The translations under genes were made by a program, and so were the position numbers. This document shows positions 27,765-38,022 of a stretch of DNA of 64,000 nucleotides, piece after piece (the first letter of the stretch is position 1; the number at the start of each line of letters is the position of its first letter). The notes beneath the pieces were generated by a model. The model was not told where the DNA came from. It saw only the letters and a program-made list of their open reading frames with translations, and made no database searches. This DNA is from an uncultured Gammaproteobacteria bacterium (GTDB taxonomy: Bacteria; Patescibacteriota; Microgenomatia; Daviesbacterales; UBA10151): NCBI GenBank assembly GCA_964405655.1, contig CAYOOO010000002.1:2022-66021 (forward strand), written 5' to 3'.

Positions 27765-28580
27765 TTAAAGTTTAGTTATCTGCAAAAAGTCTAGCTCCAC
27801 AGGTGTTTCTCTACCAAAGATGGAAACTAAGACTCTGACCTTGCCTTTTTCCTTATCAACTGTATCAACTTTGCCTATAAATTCTGAAAAAGGACCATCA
27901 ATAATTTTGACTGTGTCATTTGGTAAGAAAACATCTTTAAAAGTAGCAGGAGCACCCTGGCTCATGAAGGTCACAATAGACTTAACCTCTGATTCAGGGA
28001 TAGAGGTAGGTTTGTTACCAATTCCTACAAAGGAGGTAACACCTGGGGTGGTTCTTACAGCCAGCCAGGAGGTATCATCTAAGATCATCTTAACCAAGAT
28101 ATAGCCTGGGAAGATTTTTTCTTTAATCTGCTCCTTTTTACCTGCTCTAATCTCAATTTTGTCTTGAGTTGGGACTAAGATATCTAAAATTTTATGCTCC
28201 AAGTGTTCAGATTCAATTTTCTGTTTTAGATTAGCTAAAACTTTGTTCTCATGACCAGAGTAAGTATGAACCACATACCACTTAGCTTTATCAGACTCGC
28301 TTGATGGAGAAGAAGGTGCTGATCGGGTTGGGGTGGTAGGCTCATCTGTTTCTTGCTCATCGTTGTCCATGGAAGCTCCTGCTTCAGCGGGTTCTTGGTC
28401 TGTGGCCGATTCGTCGATTTGTTCCTCTTTACTATCAATCTGCTCTTCAGCTTTTGTTCCTTGTTCAGGAACTTCTGGCTGCTCAGCTTCGCTAATTGTT
28501 TTGCCTGATTCAGACTCAGCATCTTTTAGAGCTTCATCTGTTTGTGTATTTTGTTTTTGATCGTTGCTATTATCTGCCAT
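27765..28580 (-). CDS. nusG: Transcription factor NusG with acidic N-terminal extension
   Basis: WYVVHTYSGHE, IFPGYILV, DGPFSEFIG, IFGRETPVEL. Confidence 0.97.
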   Translation of the reverse strand: MADNSNDQKQNTQTDEALKDAESESGKTISEAEQPEVPEQGTKAEEQIDSKEEQIDESATDQEPAEAGASMDNDEQETDEPTTPTRSAPSSPSSESDKAKWYVVHTYSGHENKVLANLKQKIESEHLEHKILDILVPTQDKIEIRAGKKEQIKEKIFPGYILVKMILDDTSWLAVRTTPGVTSFVGIGNKPTSIPESEVKSIVTFMSQGAPATFKDVFLPNDTVKIIDGPFSEFIGKVDTVDKEKGKVRVLVSIFGRETPVELDFLQITKL

Positions 28581-28667
28581 ATTTACCTTTTTTCTCCAAT
28601 CAGTCTCCGCCAGCTGGCGGATCCTGTTGGCGGAATCGATTTTTCTTCAAATACGATTAAGTTTTAA

Positions 28668-28853
28668 TTACCTGTTGATTATCAAGTCAGTAAGTTGAGT
28701 CAACAAGTAGTCGATTCCACCAATAAAAAAGCCTACAGTAATGGTAACAATAACAACCATTATTGTAAGCTTAATTGTCTGTTGCCTAGAAGGCCAGACA
28801 ACTTTTGATAATTCTACCCTAACTTCTTTTAAAAAATCAAGTGCTTTCTTCAT
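28668..28853 (-). CDS. secE: Preprotein translocase subunit SecE
   Basis: ELSKVVWPSR plus one TM; upstream of nusG. Confidence 0.96.
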   Translation of the reverse strand: MKKALDFLKEVRVELSKVVWPSRQQTIKLTIMVVIVTITVGFFIGGIDYLLTQLTDLIINR

Positions 28854-28926
28854 AGTTTAATGATTGTAAATCATATCATATTGAACCTCAAGTTCCTAAG
28901 ATGTATATTGCAGGTGTTTAAAGTTT

Positions 28927-29334
28927 ATGCACAAACATTTAGCGATATTCTCAAAAGATGCTATAAAGCAGATATTTTCCGGTAAAAAAAGCTGGGAAAG
29001 CAGGTTTTCGCAAAAGAAGATTGCCCCGTTTGCTACTGTCTCAGTGGGAGACATAGTCTTTATCAAGCCTCCAGGAGAGGATATTCTAGGTCAATTTAGG
29101 GTTAAGAAGGTGATTTACTTTGAAGGACTTGATGATAAAGATTGGGAGGTGATTAAAGCCTATTTTACTAATAGTCTTTCCTTTGGTACTAAAAGAAAAG
29201 ATAAAGATTACTTCACTAGTAAAAAAAGTGCTAAATTTGGAACACTGCTTGCCATAGATAGAGTAGAGCAGTTTATTACATCTCCAGTTAAAATTCCCAA
29301 AAAGGATCTTAGAGGCTGGGTAGTGTTAGATTAG
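28927..29334 (+). CDS. ASCH/PUA-like domain protein
   Basis: HLAI....QIFSGKKSWESR...VSVGDIVFIK. Confidence 0.75.
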   Translation: MHKHLAIFSKDAIKQIFSGKKSWESRFSQKKIAPFATVSVGDIVFIKPPGEDILGQFRVKKVIYFEGLDDKDWEVIKAYFTNSLSFGTKRKDKDYFTSKKSAKFGTLLAIDRVEQFITSPVKIPKKDLRGWVVLD

Positions 29335-29804
29335 AATGGATTAAAATTAGTCAGCTTGTGAAGGATTCTGTAGCGGACAATTCTGGCTTTAAAGCTATCT
29401 AAACTTGTTTTCCCATCTTGATCTGTTGTTTCAATATTTATGGTATATCTACCTTCTTGTAGTGAGCTAGGTACTAAATAGCTCCAGTTGCCAGCTGAGT
29501 CAGCTGAGGTTTGAGCTTTGATATTACCTGGATTAAAAGTTAAGCTAACTTGGGAGTTTGAAGCTGTGCTACCAGCAATTGTGTCTCCTAACCTGATAAT
29601 TCTAACCTTCTTCTTATTAATAACCGAAACTTGATGAGTAGCAGGATGAAAGTCATAATAGATTGCATCTTTGTAGATAAAAATCAGTATTAATAACTCT
29701 AAAAGGATTGCTACTAAAAGACTGGTGATGATTTGTTTTCTACTGAATTTGATAGATTTATACCTGTCTCCTAGTCTTAAAGCTTGAGGTAAAGTAATTT
29801 CCAT
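29331..29804 (-). CDS. Membrane-anchored Ig-like domain protein
   Basis: TM, then ADSAGNWSY...LQEGRYTI. Confidence 0.6.
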   Translation of the reverse strand: MEITLPQALRLGDRYKSIKFSRKQIITSLLVAILLELLILIFIYKDAIYYDFHPATHQVSVINKKKVRIIRLGDTIAGSTASNSQVSLTFNPGNIKAQTSADSAGNWSYLVPSSLQEGRYTINIETTDQDGKTSLDSFKARIVRYRILHKLTNFNPF

Positions 29805-29852
29805 TAAATTCACTATACCCAGAGACTAAAAATATTGTCAACTTTATTACTC

Positions 29853-32183
29853 TTAAGGATTTGGAGGTATTACTGGTGGTGGTTGGTCAGTAGTAAAGGT
29901 TGAAAATGGATCAGTAAATGTGATTGATTCCTTGGAGTCTGATTCTTTATCTTTTTTCCTGGCAAAACCGACTATGCTTTTGCTTGGGTTGCCTGAGATA
30001 ACTAAATCTTTTTTACCATCAACCATTGCCTCTGTTACATCATCAGGTTTTTGAAAAGCTAAGTTATCTCTTCCTTGTAGAAGGTTGGTCATGATTCTGT
30101 TCCAGATAGGCGAAGCACCGGTGATACCCGAGGAAAGTTGGGGGTTCATAGGTGAATTATCATTATTACCAACCCAAACTCCCACCACAATCTCAGGTGT
30201 AAAGCCAAAATTCGAGTGTTTTTTTTTTTCATTACTTTTGCCTGTTTTGACCGCTACAGTATGTCCAGAGATATTTAACAGGGAATTGGGACCAAAGGCT
30301 GGGGTCCGGGCTTTATTGTCTGTTAGGATATTTGTGATCATATAAGCTATACCTTGGGGTAATACTCTCTTGCCAGCAATATTAGAGTTATCCTCCAAAA
30401 TTACACCCTTAGAATCAGTAATCTTTAAAATAGGCTGAGCATCGAATCTGACACCCAATTGTGAGAAAGTCCCATACATGGTCATCATATCTATCAGTTT
30501 TACTTCACCAGCACCAAGGGTTAGAGAGAGCCCATAACGGTCAGTATGGGTGAAGGTAGTAATCCCTAGATCCTGGGCAGTTTTGATCATATTTGGAATT
30601 CCAATTATAGCCAGCATCTTGACTGCTGGAACATTGTAGGAGGAGCCTAAGGCTGTTCTAATAGAAACAGGTCCATGGAACTTACCATCATAGTTGACTG
30701 GAGTATAAACTTCCCAATCATTTTTAAAGACAACTGGTGTATCAAGTAAGGTATTTCCAGGACTATAACCTTGTTTAAAGGCTGTTGCATATGTCGCGGG
30801 TTTAATTGACGAGCCTGGTTGACGCAGGGCTAAAGCGACATTAAAGTTACCATCTTTTGGATCAAAGTAGTCCTTGCTACCAACCATGGCCAGTATCTGG
30901 CCTGTTTTGGCATCTGTCACCATAGCAGCTCCATTTGTGACGTTTAAGTTAGCCAATCTTTCAACCTCTTCTTTGACTACCTGCTCAGCCATTTCTTGAG
31001 TTTTTAGATCCAAAGTAGTGATAACTTTTAGCCCCCCTTGTGAGACCATTTTTGCTCCATACCTTTGAGTCAAGAAGTCTCTTATGTACATCACAAAGTG
31101 AGGGGCTAAAATTGGTTGGTTGGGGGAGTTAATAACCAACTCCTGCTTATAAGCTTCATCAGCCTCTTTCTTGCTGATATAGCCATCCTCAACCATCCGC
31201 TCAAGGACCTGCCACTGTCTTTTCTTACCAGCTTGAGGATTTGTTCCATAAGGAGAAAGATTAGTTGGCGAGGCTGGCAGCCCTGCCAGATAAGCACTCT
31301 CTGCTAAGTTTAGATCCCCAGCATTTTTGCCAAAGTAGGTCTGGGCTGCAGCAGCAATCCCGACTGATGTACCTCCATAAGGAATTTCGTTAAAGTACAT
31401 CTGCAAAATTTGATCTTTAGTAAAAATCCTTTCAGCCCAAAAAGAAAGAATAATCTCTTTAAGTTTTCTTTTGACTGTCCGATCAGGAGTAAGTAAAGTA
31501 TTTTTGATTAGCTGCTGGGTAATTGTTGACCCTCCCTGGATCTCTTTATCTTTGATATAGGCCATAATTGCTCTGGAGATACCAAAAAAATCTACTCCAG
31601 AATGAGCATAAAAGTTCTTATCTTCAATTGAGATGGTAGCTTGGACCAGATGAGAAGGCAGATCTTCTAGTTTAACTAAGCTACGGTTTTTCCCCTCATA
31701 GAATCGATAAAGTAAGATATTATTCCGATCATAAACCTCAGTTGTAACTGGTTGATTTAGATCTTTGATTTTGGCAGGTGATGGCAACTCACTGGCAATT
31801 TCAATTAGGAAAAAAGAATAGAAGAAAAATCCTAGCAGGATAACTGTCAAAACTATAGCAATCCGAATAGGTGAAGGGATAAACTTTTTAAAGACCTTGC
31901 TACTTTTTTTGAACAAGACTCCTAATGGACTCCTTTTTTTAACTTTCTTCTTTTTCTGCTTAAACTTAAAAAACTTAAATGCAGGAAGATTAATTTTTAT
32001 GCCGGTCTTTAAACTATTGAAAACTAATTTATGTAAAAAAAGGAAAATGGATATTAGTATTTTTAGAAAAGTTTTAAATAGTAGGGAAGTTTTCTTACCT
32101 AAATTATTGAGTATCCAAAGTGATAGGAGTATAGGGAGCAGTACATGTTTATTCGCAGAAAAGCTCTGCTTATTCTTGGTCAT
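29853..32183 (-). CDS. Class A penicillin-binding protein (transglycosylase-transpeptidase)
   Basis: EDKNF, GGSTITQQLIKN, RKLKE, PGSSIK, SYN, KTG; anomalous residues after KTG. Confidence 0.95.
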   Translation of the reverse strand: MTKNKQSFSANKHVLLPILLSLWILNNLGKKTSLLFKTFLKILISIFLFLHKLVFNSLKTGIKINLPAFKFFKFKQKKKKVKKRSPLGVLFKKSSKVFKKFIPSPIRIAIVLTVILLGFFFYSFFLIEIASELPSPAKIKDLNQPVTTEVYDRNNILLYRFYEGKNRSLVKLEDLPSHLVQATISIEDKNFYAHSGVDFFGISRAIMAYIKDKEIQGGSTITQQLIKNTLLTPDRTVKRKLKEIILSFWAERIFTKDQILQMYFNEIPYGGTSVGIAAAAQTYFGKNAGDLNLAESAYLAGLPASPTNLSPYGTNPQAGKKRQWQVLERMVEDGYISKKEADEAYKQELVINSPNQPILAPHFVMYIRDFLTQRYGAKMVSQGGLKVITTLDLKTQEMAEQVVKEEVERLANLNVTNGAAMVTDAKTGQILAMVGSKDYFDPKDGNFNVALALRQPGSSIKPATYATAFKQGYSPGNTLLDTPVVFKNDWEVYTPVNYDGKFHGPVSIRTALGSSYNVPAVKMLAIIGIPNMIKTAQDLGITTFTHTDRYGLSLTLGAGEVKLIDMMTMYGTFSQLGVRFDAQPILKITDSKGVILEDNSNIAGKRVLPQGIAYMITNILTDNKARTPAFGPNSLLNISGHTVAVKTGKSNEKKKHSNFGFTPEIVVGVWVGNNDNSPMNPQLSSGITGASPIWNRIMTNLLQGRDNLAFQKPDDVTEAMVDGKKDLVISGNPSKSIVGFARKKDKESDSKESITFTDPFSTFTTDQPPPVIPPNP

Positions 32184-32469
32184 GTCCTATAATCGCAGAT
32201 TACATCTGCTCTTGTATCTTATAGCAAGATATAATCTCAAGTGGAACATTTTTCAACCTCTCTTCTTTTTAAAGCTAAAAAAGGACACTTTGTTTAAACC
32301 TGGCAACATTTTAGTCCACAATTTAGCTAAAGAAAAGTATTATTAAATATATCAAAATCTATCAATTTAATTTTTTTCATAAAAATTTGTAAAATAGACA
32401 ATCAATTAATTGTAGCTTATTAACACTATATTTTTTATCTATAGGATTTTAATAGCCAAAAGGAGAGTT

Positions 32470-33822
32470 TTAAGTGATTTCGATTTCTTCTTTGATTAAA
32501 GGTTTCCGGCCATCGTGAGAAACTTCTGGATAAAGCACTTCATCAGCCTTAACTGTATGACCTAAAAATCTGAGTAAGTAGTGATAGATACCATTATTTT
32601 TAATAATCTCTTTATAGACATAAGCAGATGGTCTGACAGTTCTTTTTTGAGTTTTAAAATCTACCTCTACTAAACCAAACCTAGCCTCAAATCCTTCCAC
32701 CCACTCATAGTTATCTATAAGACTCCAATGAAAGTACCCTCTGACATCTGCACCAGATTGGATAGCATGGTAAACCTCCTTAAGGTAAGCAATTAGGAAG
32801 CGGCAACGTCTGTCATCATTAGTTGAAGCTAATCCATTTTCAGTTATATAAATAGGTAAATGGTAATCAGAAAAATCCATTAAAATATCAAATATCCCTT
32901 CAGGATAAATCTCCCACCCCATGTCTGAAAGATCTTTCTGGGTTTCCGAAACGTTTATAAGCGAGGGTAATTTGGCGTGTTCGCCGTTAAAACTAATGTA
33001 ATTATTGAAATAGTAATTTATACCCAAAAAATCATGGGTCTTCTTACCCGTTAAAAAGTAAAAGGAGTGATTGTATAAAATATCCAAAATCCACTCAGCA
33101 ATACTTTCCCTGATTGAGTGGTGGTGAAAAGCATCAAAAGAATTGATATTTTGAGCTATGCCAACTTTAGCGCTAGGAATAATTTCATGGATTAATTGAT
33201 AAGATTTCTTATGTGCTTGAGCTAGGTTCCAGTAAGCCTTAAGAAGTTTTGACTTGCTTTTTACATTAGGAGGAAACTTACCTTTATAGAAAGCATCAAC
33301 CGCATAACCTCCTGGTTCATTTAGTGTTATCCATAAATCCACATAGTCTTTTATCTCCGGAACTACTTTTTTTAAAAACCTCTCAAAATAAGAAACAGTC
33401 TTGCCGTTTGCCCAACCTCCAGTTTTGGCAACCCAAAGAGGCAAAGTAAAGTGCCAAAGAGTCAACATAACTATCAGATCCCGCTCCTTTAAAGCCTTTA
33501 GAACTTTTTTATAGTGGTCAATTGCTTCTTGATTAAACTGTCCCTCAGTTGGCTCAATTCTTGACCACTCAAGACTAAGCCTATGGGAGTTGTGGCCTAA
33601 TTTTTTGATCAGCTCAAAATCACTAGCAAACCTGTTATACTGATCACAAGCTTCAAGGGAACGTTTATCCTCTGGTTGGGTTCTTTGCTCCCATTCCCAC
33701 CAGTCATTATTTATATTATTCCCCTCTACTTGATGGGCAGAAGCAGCTGCTCCCCAGAGAAAATTTTTGGGGAAAAACAGGGTAGCATGATCATGTTTTT
33801 CTTTAGGTGGATCGTCAGTCAT
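32470..33822 (-). CDS. Glycoside hydrolase family 1
   Basis: FLWGAAASAHQVEG, TLNEP, ITENG, WSLIDNYEW. Confidence 0.95.
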   Translation of the reverse strand: MTDDPPKEKHDHATLFFPKNFLWGAAASAHQVEGNNINNDWWEWEQRTQPEDKRSLEACDQYNRFASDFELIKKLGHNSHRLSLEWSRIEPTEGQFNQEAIDHYKKVLKALKERDLIVMLTLWHFTLPLWVAKTGGWANGKTVSYFERFLKKVVPEIKDYVDLWITLNEPGGYAVDAFYKGKFPPNVKSKSKLLKAYWNLAQAHKKSYQLIHEIIPSAKVGIAQNINSFDAFHHHSIRESIAEWILDILYNHSFYFLTGKKTHDFLGINYYFNNYISFNGEHAKLPSLINVSETQKDLSDMGWEIYPEGIFDILMDFSDYHLPIYITENGLASTNDDRRCRFLIAYLKEVYHAIQSGADVRGYFHWSLIDNYEWVEGFEARFGLVEVDFKTQKRTVRPSAYVYKEIIKNNGIYHYLLRFLGHTVKADEVLYPEVSHDGRKPLIKEEIEIT

Positions 33823-34346
33823 GGCGAAATACAATAATTATAGCCATAATTTGGTATACCTGTTAGCTGGGTGGCATCACAAGCAGAGGTGTTTTGCCCG
33901 CTATTTTCAATTTTAGCGTATAGGGTATATTTTGATTCGTCAGTTCCTTTTCTATAGTAGTAACAAACATTAGTTGAAGAGGCCGGAGCACCTGAGTTAA
34001 AAAGAGGATCTTCTGGAACTGAATTGATATAGTTTGGAGGTAGTCCGCTTAAAATAGTAGAAACACAATTTGCTGATCCTGTACTATAACTACTAGCATC
34101 TGGTGGATGGGTTTTTTTAATCTGATAATAAATTTCCAAAGCATTAGCCAAAGAGGCTAGATCCTGTTTTCTACGGCTGTCTCGGCCAGTTGATTGTGCT
34201 TGGGAATAAGAGACAAATCCAATTGAGGCAATGATAGCAATAATGGTAATTGAGATTAAAAGCTCAATTAAAGTGAAACCGTAGTTTCCTTTAAGAGCCT
34301 TGCTCATTAAAGTGAAACCATTCTTTCTTTGGACAGTTTTGGACAT
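33819..34346 (-). CDS. Type IV pilin / GspG-like prepilin
   Basis: GFTLIELLI...RDSRRKQDL...PEDP; GFTL occurs twice. Confidence 0.9.
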   Translation of the reverse strand: MSKTVQRKNGFTLMSKALKGNYGFTLIELLISITIIAIIASIGFVSYSQAQSTGRDSRRKQDLASLANALEIYYQIKKTHPPDASSYSTGSANCVSTILSGLPPNYINSVPEDPLFNSGAPASSTNVCYYYRKGTDESKYTLYAKIENSGQNTSACDATQLTGIPNYGYNYCISP

Positions 34347-34407
34347 AACTAAATCTATTCTAAAACTTATCTAGCCGAATCGTCCAGTAGAAGCTTCTTT
34401 CTTTCAA

Positions 34408-36336
34408 CTAAGTTTGAATATTTTGTAGAAGTGGTGAAAAGAGGCTTTTGACAACTTTAGATAATCTTTCAGTTGGTATAGAAGCTTTTTTCTCAGAGCC
34501 GTAAACTTCTGCTTGTTTAAGATTCAAGGCTGAATTAATTAGCCCAAGATGAGTAAAGGCTTGGGGAAAGTTACCTAAATGAATTTTTTTAACAGGATCA
34601 AACTCCTCAGCATATAAGCCTAGTGGTGAGGCGTCATGAATAATTTTGTCCATCCAGACATTAGCCTCATCAACTCTCCCTAGTAGACTTAAAACATCAA
34701 TTAACCAAAAAGTTGAGAGGAAAAATGGACTTTCACCTTGTTTAGTCCAATCTTTTTGGTCAGCAGTTCTTAAAACAAACCAGTCAACTACCAAGTTTCT
34801 CATAATATTATCAATAGTTGAGATGATTCTTTGATCACTGGCTTCTAACATACCTGTTAAAGCGATATTTAAAGTGCTGGTGTCAATTACATCTGAGCGG
34901 TAATAAGCCACAAAAGATTTAACTCTTCTGTTATAACCCTTTTTTAGTATGTCCTGTTTAATTTGGTTTCTAGAATACTGCCAAAAACTTAAGTCAACGT
35001 CTTTAATGTTTAAAGTTTTTGCCAAATTAATACCCCGGTCAACTCCTGCCCAGCACATTAATTTTGAGTAAGTATGATGTTTCTGACCCGATCTTCCTTC
35101 CCAAACACCATCATCTTTTTCCCGCCAGTGAATGCAGCAGTAATCAACCAATTTTTTGATAAAGATTTTGATCTGGTCACTTACATGGCCTCCGGACTCT
35201 ACATAGAGGTTGATTGCGGTCAATACTTCTCCAAAAATATCAAACTGTTTTTGGTTTTCAGCTCCATTACCAACTCTGACAGGTTTTGAACTCATATATC
35301 CGTCCAAGTGACTTAGTTCGATCTCTGTTAACTCTTCCTCGCCTCTGATACCATACATAATCTTTAAGACTGAACCTTCTCTTAAGCAGACAGATTCAAG
35401 CCATTGAATAAATTGCTGGGCTTCTTTAAGATAACCTAATCCCAAGAAGGCATAAACAGTAAATGAGGCATCCCTTAGCCAAGTGTAACGGTAATCCCAG
35501 TTAAACTGCCCACCTACCTTTTCCGGTAAAGAGGTAGTCGGAGAGGCAACAATTGCTCCAGTTGGATTAAAAGTTAAAAGTTTTAAAGCTAAGGCAGATC
35601 TTAAAACCTCTTGCTGGTACTTACCTTGGTATTTACAAATTGATGCCCAGTTTCTCCAAAAGTTAGTAGTCTGAAAGTAGAGCTTAGCCAAAAGGGCATT
35701 AATTCTCTCTTTACTAATTCTTTTGTAAGTATAGTCACTGGGATAAAAATCCAGGGAGAAAAACTCTTGCTCACCTTCTCTGAGTTTAAATTTAACAGTC
35801 ACCAAATCATCTTCAATCTTGACTAAATGATGTTTTTTATGGAGGACAAACTTGAAATTGGAATCTTCTATTACTACCGATCCATTAATCTTAGTAATTT
35901 TTACTTTTCTTCTTGCAAAATCTGGAGTAATTTTAAGTTTTAGCTCAAAGCCGTGATCACCTTTTAAAGCTTTAACCAGTCTAACTATTTTCGGTCCAAA
36001 TTCAGGGATTTGCTGAAGACTTTCGTGTTCTTGGGTCAAAGGCATAAAATCTGTTAAAGAAACGCTACCTTTGGGGTTAAAAAAGAATGTTTTTAAAATA
36101 TTGGTGTTTTGTTTATATTTTTGGTTGGATTGGTAAAATCCAACTGGGGCGATTTTGAAAAAGCCACCTTTCTTACTGTCTAAGAGTTTTAAAAAGTAGG
36201 CTGGGCAATCAAAATCAGGTAAACAACACCAATCAATTGAGCCTTCTGTTGAGATTAAAGCGCAACTTCTACAATCACCAATAATTCCATAATCAGTCAG
36301 TGGGAGGTAAGCTGGGTTGGTAGCAGGCTTATTCAT
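34408..36336 (-). CDS. Glycoside hydrolase family 15 (trehalase/glucoamylase-like)
   Basis: DYGIIGD, NWDYRYTWLRD, GVWEGR, GNFPQAFTH. Confidence 0.93.
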   Translation of the reverse strand: MNKPATNPAYLPLTDYGIIGDCRSCALISTEGSIDWCCLPDFDCPAYFLKLLDSKKGGFFKIAPVGFYQSNQKYKQNTNILKTFFFNPKGSVSLTDFMPLTQEHESLQQIPEFGPKIVRLVKALKGDHGFELKLKITPDFARRKVKITKINGSVVIEDSNFKFVLHKKHHLVKIEDDLVTVKFKLREGEQEFFSLDFYPSDYTYKRISKERINALLAKLYFQTTNFWRNWASICKYQGKYQQEVLRSALALKLLTFNPTGAIVASPTTSLPEKVGGQFNWDYRYTWLRDASFTVYAFLGLGYLKEAQQFIQWLESVCLREGSVLKIMYGIRGEEELTEIELSHLDGYMSSKPVRVGNGAENQKQFDIFGEVLTAINLYVESGGHVSDQIKIFIKKLVDYCCIHWREKDDGVWEGRSGQKHHTYSKLMCWAGVDRGINLAKTLNIKDVDLSFWQYSRNQIKQDILKKGYNRRVKSFVAYYRSDVIDTSTLNIALTGMLEASDQRIISTIDNIMRNLVVDWFVLRTADQKDWTKQGESPFFLSTFWLIDVLSLLGRVDEANVWMDKIIHDASPLGLYAEEFDPVKKIHLGNFPQAFTHLGLINSALNLKQAEVYGSEKKASIPTERLSKVVKSLFSPLLQNIQT

Positions 36337-36499
36337 AGGGGTTATACTACTTTTAGGTTAGCCCAAGCTTGAAGAGTTTGTAAAGACCTAAAGTTGATTA
36401 CCTCAGTGATGTGGCAATCCTACTCCTGAGATTATAGTAGATTGTAAATTCTGAGCCTATAGTTGAAAAATTGATCATAAGAGGTTAAAATCTAAACTC

Positions 36500-37414
36500 A
36501 TGTCGCAAACAGAAAATCAAGAAGTAGTTCCAAAGGTTGGTTATCATGCATTTTATAATACACCAGGCGCTCTCTACAGAGTTGAGTTGAATCCCCGTAA
36601 ATGTGGGATTGTGTTGAGGCTAGCAGGTTTGACTGAGCAGCAAATAAGACAAAGTAGTATCTTAATCTCTCCTGAAACAAATCCAAGAGAGCAAGGTTTT
36701 CAATTTAGCGGTTATGACGATGAAGAAAAAGAATTTTATTTATACCCAACTACTCTCTGGCAGGCGCTAGATTATTATCGCTCAATTGCTGAATTACTGA
36801 TTACAGGCCAAACAATCTTCTCAAAGATTGATGCTACCGGAACATTTTCTGTGATAAGCAGAATTCAAGTAAGAGCAGATGAACAAAATAGAGCAGAATT
36901 TGACAAAATATTACCAAAAGCTACTGGAGTTCTTATTAGAAAAGATGCCCAAGCTGACTTCTTGACAGCTGTTAGGTCAGAAAAAGATTTAGATAGAGTT
37001 GAATTGATGCTAAAAGCTGGGGTTGAAAGAGTGCTCCTAAGAGAACTGGCAAGGGAAGCCAAGTTGTCTTTGGAGAGCCCACCAACTTTACTTGAAAGAA
37101 GAGCCAGAGAGGCAGTAGCCCGCTTAACCCCTTTTGCAGCAGCGTTCTTGGGAGTATCCATTTTTACAGTGAGTCATCCTTCTCAAGATGCACCAATATG
37201 GGCCCATTTAGCTGATAAAGCAGTTATTACCTACATGTGTTTGTATTTTTATTTGATGAGTAAGAGAATTTCTCCAAAGCTTGCCCAAATCTATAATCCA
37301 AGAGCTAGAAGGGCTGGTAAGTTTGCACAAGAAGTTGAGGTTGATCATCCTGATCTTTATGATCTGGCAAAAATACACCTCCAACCCAAATTAGAGCTTG
37401 ACGACCAGCAGTAG
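36500..37414 (+). CDS. Hypothetical protein with two C-terminal hydrophobic segments
   Basis: 304-aa ORF preceded by TAAAAT; no recognisable family. Confidence 0.7.
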   Translation: MSQTENQEVVPKVGYHAFYNTPGALYRVELNPRKCGIVLRLAGLTEQQIRQSSILISPETNPREQGFQFSGYDDEEKEFYLYPTTLWQALDYYRSIAELLITGQTIFSKIDATGTFSVISRIQVRADEQNRAEFDKILPKATGVLIRKDAQADFLTAVRSEKDLDRVELMLKAGVERVLLRELAREAKLSLESPPTLLERRAREAVARLTPFAAAFLGVSIFTVSHPSQDAPIWAHLADKAVITYMCLYFYLMSKRISPKLAQIYNPRARRAGKFAQEVEVDHPDLYDLAKIHLQPKLELDDQQ

Positions 37415-37425
37415 CTTTCTATTGA

Positions 37426-37929
37426 TTACTCTGTTATTCCAAGTAGAGTTGCACATTCTTTATGAAAATGTAATTCTGCAAGAGTTTTACCGTCATCCAT
37501 TTTCCACCAAACATGATATCCTTTGCGTAGTCCATCGTTATTATCTATATCTAATTCTTTATCACATTGATCACAGGTAAATGCTTTTAATTCTGGTTTT
37601 TTATTCGTAGGCCAAGTGTTTATAATCTCTCTAAACCGTTTAGTTGCTTCGGGTGAGTATATGTATGAGCGTCCAAACATTTCGCGGTTAACAACTTGTC
37701 TTTTCCTTTCGTCAATTTGTATAGAATTATTTTGAAATGCTGGTTCACAAGTATCATTGCACATATGAATTGGAAGTTTATAACCACCAGTATTAACCCA
37801 GTGATACCAGGCTTCATTTTTATATTGTTGGCAATTGGCACAGCGGAAACCCCGGTATTCAGGTTTTTCACTTAAACGCCAGGTTTCAACAATTTTAAGG
37901 AGAACTTTTTGTTCTTCTTCTAAAGTCAT
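37426..37929 (-). CDS. Hypothetical protein with two tandem Zn-finger-like repeats
   Basis: KPEYRGFRCANC...HMCNDTC and KPELKAFTCDQC...HFHKEC. Confidence 0.7.
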   Translation of the reverse strand: MTLEEEQKVLLKIVETWRLSEKPEYRGFRCANCQQYKNEAWYHWVNTGGYKLPIHMCNDTCEPAFQNNSIQIDERKRQVVNREMFGRSYIYSPEATKRFREIINTWPTNKKPELKAFTCDQCDKELDIDNNDGLRKGYHVWWKMDDGKTLAELHFHKECATLLGITE

Positions 37930-38022
37930 ATCAGAAGCAGTATATCAAATAATGCTTTGAGCAAGAATTGGATGAGAGTTCAGGTAGAATTGGCTGACCC
38001 TAGTAAACTATGTTAGAAATTA

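Noticed and set aside
20843-28560. Short antisense ORFs over rplL, rplA, rplK and nusG (and similar ones over other genes)
   Set aside because: Shadow frames of well-supported genes
31897-32460. 149-aa ORF and AT-rich gap as a gene or oriC
   Set aside because: The ORF is mostly antisense to the PBP gene and low-complexity; no cluster of DnaA boxes
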